DNA of 64,000 bases from a virus, in IMG/VR virus record IMGVR_UViG_3300020152_000022; one strand, 5' to 3'. A model generated the notes under the pieces. The model was given only the letters and a program-made list of their open reading frames with translations, was not told where the DNA came from and did not search any database. Positions 61,808 to 64,000 of the stretch are shown here, one piece after another; within the stretch, counting starts at the first letter, position 1; every line of letters starts with the position of its first letter. A program made the position numbers and the translations under genes.

Positions 61808-62536
61808 ATGATGGATATCAAATCTGCAATGAAGAAGGCCAAGGAGATGGCCGAGAGCCAAGGCCTAGATTACAACGACCGCAAGTATCTCCCGGTCAAG
61901 GATCGACTGACGATTTTCCGTGAAGAGTTCGGTATCAGCTTCGGCATCAATACCGACGTCCATTGGCAGGACGACCGTGTTTTCGCGGCGGCCAAGATCA
62001 CCAATGCCGAAGGAACCGTTCTGGCATCGGGCCATGCCATGGTCGATACCACGCGCGACAGCCACACCGCCCCGGTCGAAAGTGCTGAGACATTCGCCAT
62101 TGGCCGCGCGCTTGCCTGCTTCGGACTGGCCGGGACGGAATACGCTTCCTCCAATGAAATGGAGCGGGTCAAGCAGCCCGAAAGACCGCAGCGTCCGCAG
62201 CCGGAATTCCGTGATGACACCCCGCCGAGGGTTGCAAAAACCCGCGTCATGGCGCATGGTTCTGACGACGGATTGTCTGGCGATCAGCGTCAGTTCAAGC
62301 GCGATGTCGAGACTGCTTTCCCCGCTGTCGAGGATAGCCATGGCTTCTTCATCCCAACTGACAACTCTCCCGACAGTCTCAATGGCATCTACGATCAGGT
62401 CGACCGGATTGCTGACCGGAACGAACTGAGCCGTTACTACAATCTTGTGGCTCATGAACTCGAATGGATGGAGCCAGAGGATAAGCAGGAAATCTCGGCA
62501 GCCTTCCGGGCACGTCGCGACCAACTCAAGGGATAA
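61808..62536 (+). CDS. Rad52/Sak-like single-strand annealing protein
   Basis: Y.PVKDRL..FR; A.GHA; E.AET.AIGRALA..G. Confidence 0.75.
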   Translation: MMDIKSAMKKAKEMAESQGLDYNDRKYLPVKDRLTIFREEFGISFGINTDVHWQDDRVFAAAKITNAEGTVLASGHAMVDTTRDSHTAPVESAETFAIGRALACFGLAGTEYASSNEMERVKQPERPQRPQPEFRDDTPPRVAKTRVMAHGSDDGLSGDQRQFKRDVETAFPAVEDSHGFFIPTDNSPDSLNGIYDQVDRIADRNELSRYYNLVAHELEWMEPEDKQEISAAFRARRDQLKG

Positions 62537-62539
62537 GCA

Positions 62540-63037
62540 ATGAACAAATACCCAAACACCGGCGCAATCTTCCCGCGCCAGAAGCGCAATCCGAAGGCAG
62601 CCGACTTCGGCGGTGACGTCACACTGGAAGGTGATGTGGTCGATTACATCATTCGCTGCGCCGAGCGTGGCGAGGAAGTGAAGATCGATATCTCGGCATG
62701 GAAGCGCCAGACCAATTCCGGTGGCACCATGCTGTCTCTGAAAGTCGAGCTTCCGTTCTCCGAGCGGCAGGGCGGACAGAACTATGGTGGCCGTCAGCAG
62801 CAGGGCGGTCGTCCGCCGATCCGCACCTCCAATGGTCCCTATCGTGGTGGCGGTCAGCGTGAAGATTACCAGCCACGCGAGGATTATGGCCGGGGCAACC
62901 AGCGCCATGACACCCAGATGGGCGGCTCCTATCGCAGCGGTGGCGGGCAGCAGCGCCGTGGCTATGATGACCGCAATCCCCCGCCGCAGCGCGACTTCGG
63001 CTATGACGATATGAACGATCCCTTGGATAATCTATGA
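62540..63037 (+). CDS. Phage single-stranded DNA-binding protein
   Basis: NTGAIF, ADFGGDV, SAWKR, LSL.V; G/Q/R-rich linker and acidic DDMNDPL tail. Confidence 0.7.
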   Translation: MNKYPNTGAIFPRQKRNPKAADFGGDVTLEGDVVDYIIRCAERGEEVKIDISAWKRQTNSGGTMLSLKVELPFSERQGGQNYGGRQQQGGRPPIRTSNGPYRGGGQREDYQPREDYGRGNQRHDTQMGGSYRSGGGQQRRGYDDRNPPPQRDFGYDDMNDPLDNL

Positions 63038-63336
63038 GACAATATCCTGAGCGCATCCGTTCTCAGAAGTATCTCTCCCATATCCGAACCAAACCCTGCC
63101 TGATCTGCGGCGCTCAGGCAGAGGCCCATCACCTGACATTCGCCCAACCGAGGGCTATGAGTTCGAAGACGGGGGACCAGTACACGGTTCCCCTCTGCCA
63201 TCACCATCACATGGAGATGCACAACTCATTTCTGGGCGAGCGAGGGTGGTGGGCCGTCCATGGTATCCGGCCCGAACTCTGGGCCGAGACTGCATATGCC
63301 AAATGGATGAAGGATCAGCAGGATGGCACTCTATAG
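63034..63336 (+). CDS. DUF968-like Zn/HNH-type nuclease
   Basis: YL..IR..PC.ICG...EAHH...KT.DQYTVPLC..HH...H. Confidence 0.75.
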   Translation: MRQYPERIRSQKYLSHIRTKPCLICGAQAEAHHLTFAQPRAMSSKTGDQYTVPLCHHHHMEMHNSFLGERGWWAVHGIRPELWAETAYAKWMKDQQDGTL

Positions 63337-64000
63337 CAGCAAAACATCTATCGCCCCACCGAACAAGGCTTGGGCGCAGCAGCAATTGCTGAACCAGCAG
63401 AACGTCTTCTCAGCCCAGACATATCCCGGCAGCGGTGTCTCCGGTGGGCCAGCTTATAATCCGCCGCAACTCTTTGAGGGCGAGGGGCATAATGCCGAGA
63501 TCGAGAAGAGGCTCCGCTCTCTCATCCCCGACAAGCCCATCATCACCGACTTTGTATCGGCATCCGCTGATGACGTGATCCAAGTGCTGGGCGATACCGA
63601 CCCGATGTTCGGTCGCTCTCTCACCTCTCTGGCAGAGGCGCTGCTCAGTTGCGCGCCTGACCCGCGCAGTGGCTATCATTACCAACTGACATGGACCGGG
63701 CTGTTCTTCCAGATGCCGAAGGTCTTTGCCATGCCGGATCGTATCGGCACATCTTATGTCGGTCTTGCTCTACTCGATCACTGGGCCGCCAAGGACAAGC
63801 GCTTCGCCCCTTATGTCGATGCCTATATCGATGAGGAAGTGCGCAAGCGGATCGCCGCCGACTGCTTTGCCTTTGGCATGGGCCATATGCCGAAATGGAT
63901 CAAGGATGCCATTGCCCATGGCGAGAAGCTGCGTCGTCGCTGGGAGCAGAAGGAAGCGCAACGCCAAGCGGTAGAGATGGAGCGTCGGCGTCAGGAAGAG
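63323..64000 (+). CDS. Partial hypothetical protein (runs off window)
   Basis: Manual translation MALYSSKTSIAPP... open to window end. Confidence 0.55.
   Translation, partial: MALYSSKTSIAPPNKAWAQQQLLNQQNVFSAQTYPGSGVSGGPAYNPPQLFEGEGHNAEIEKRLRSLIPDKPIITDFVSASADDVIQVLGDTDPMFGRSLTSLAEALLSCAPDPRSGYHYQLTWTGLFFQMPKVFAMPDRIGTSYVGLALLDHWAAKDKRFAPYVDAYIDEEVRKRIAADCFAFGMGHMPKWIKDAIAHGEKLRRRWEQKEAQRQAVEMERRRQEE

Larger units (their letters stand above)
1..64000. mobile_element. Tailed dsDNA bacteriophage genome segment (podovirus-like, probably alphaproteobacterial host)
   Basis: Complete head/packaging/short-tail/lysis module, phage replication and recombination genes, tightly overlapping ORFs, no host genes, no tape measure or tail tube gene seen. 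Confidence 0.95.

Noticed and set aside
1-64000. Integrated prophage with att sites
   Set aside because: No integrase, host flank or att-like duplication of the tRNA 3' end is visible; lifestyle cannot be decided from this window.

Overview
The whole 64 kb window is double-stranded DNA phage sequence, GC-rich, with no host housekeeping genes and no integrase or DNA polymerase visible. It is most likely a short-tailed (podovirus-like) phage of an alphaproteobacterium, probably Rhizobiales (inference). Bases 1-24 kb (minus strand) hold the virion module: terminase large subunit, portal, GroES-like protein, scaffold, major capsid, decoration/spike proteins, adaptors, several tail fibres, GH19 endolysin plus holin, and ejection proteins. 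Bases 24-48 kb form an accessory region around a non-coding candidate packaging/terminus region (32.1-32.9 kb) and the small terminase. It contains an Acb2-like protein, HNH nucleases, a J-domain protein, a MoxR AAA/DUF3150/VWA trio and a ParB fused to a degenerate MT-A70. Bases 48-64 kb carry replication and recombination genes (primase-helicase, RusA, Cas4-like exonuclease, Rad52-like SSAP, SSB), TerB, a second AAA+ ATPase and a tRNA-Asn. The most striking signal is a family of about 39 short, Arg/Trp-rich, translationally coupled paralogous ORFs built on an RKxW ... (P)FG(S/T)Y ... RKxW scaffold with highly variable inserts. They form a 24-gene left array, a 9-gene right array and 6 copies interleaved with the MoxR-VWA genes. 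I recognise no family for them. All family assignments come from motif recognition by eye, no searches were run, and counts are manual.
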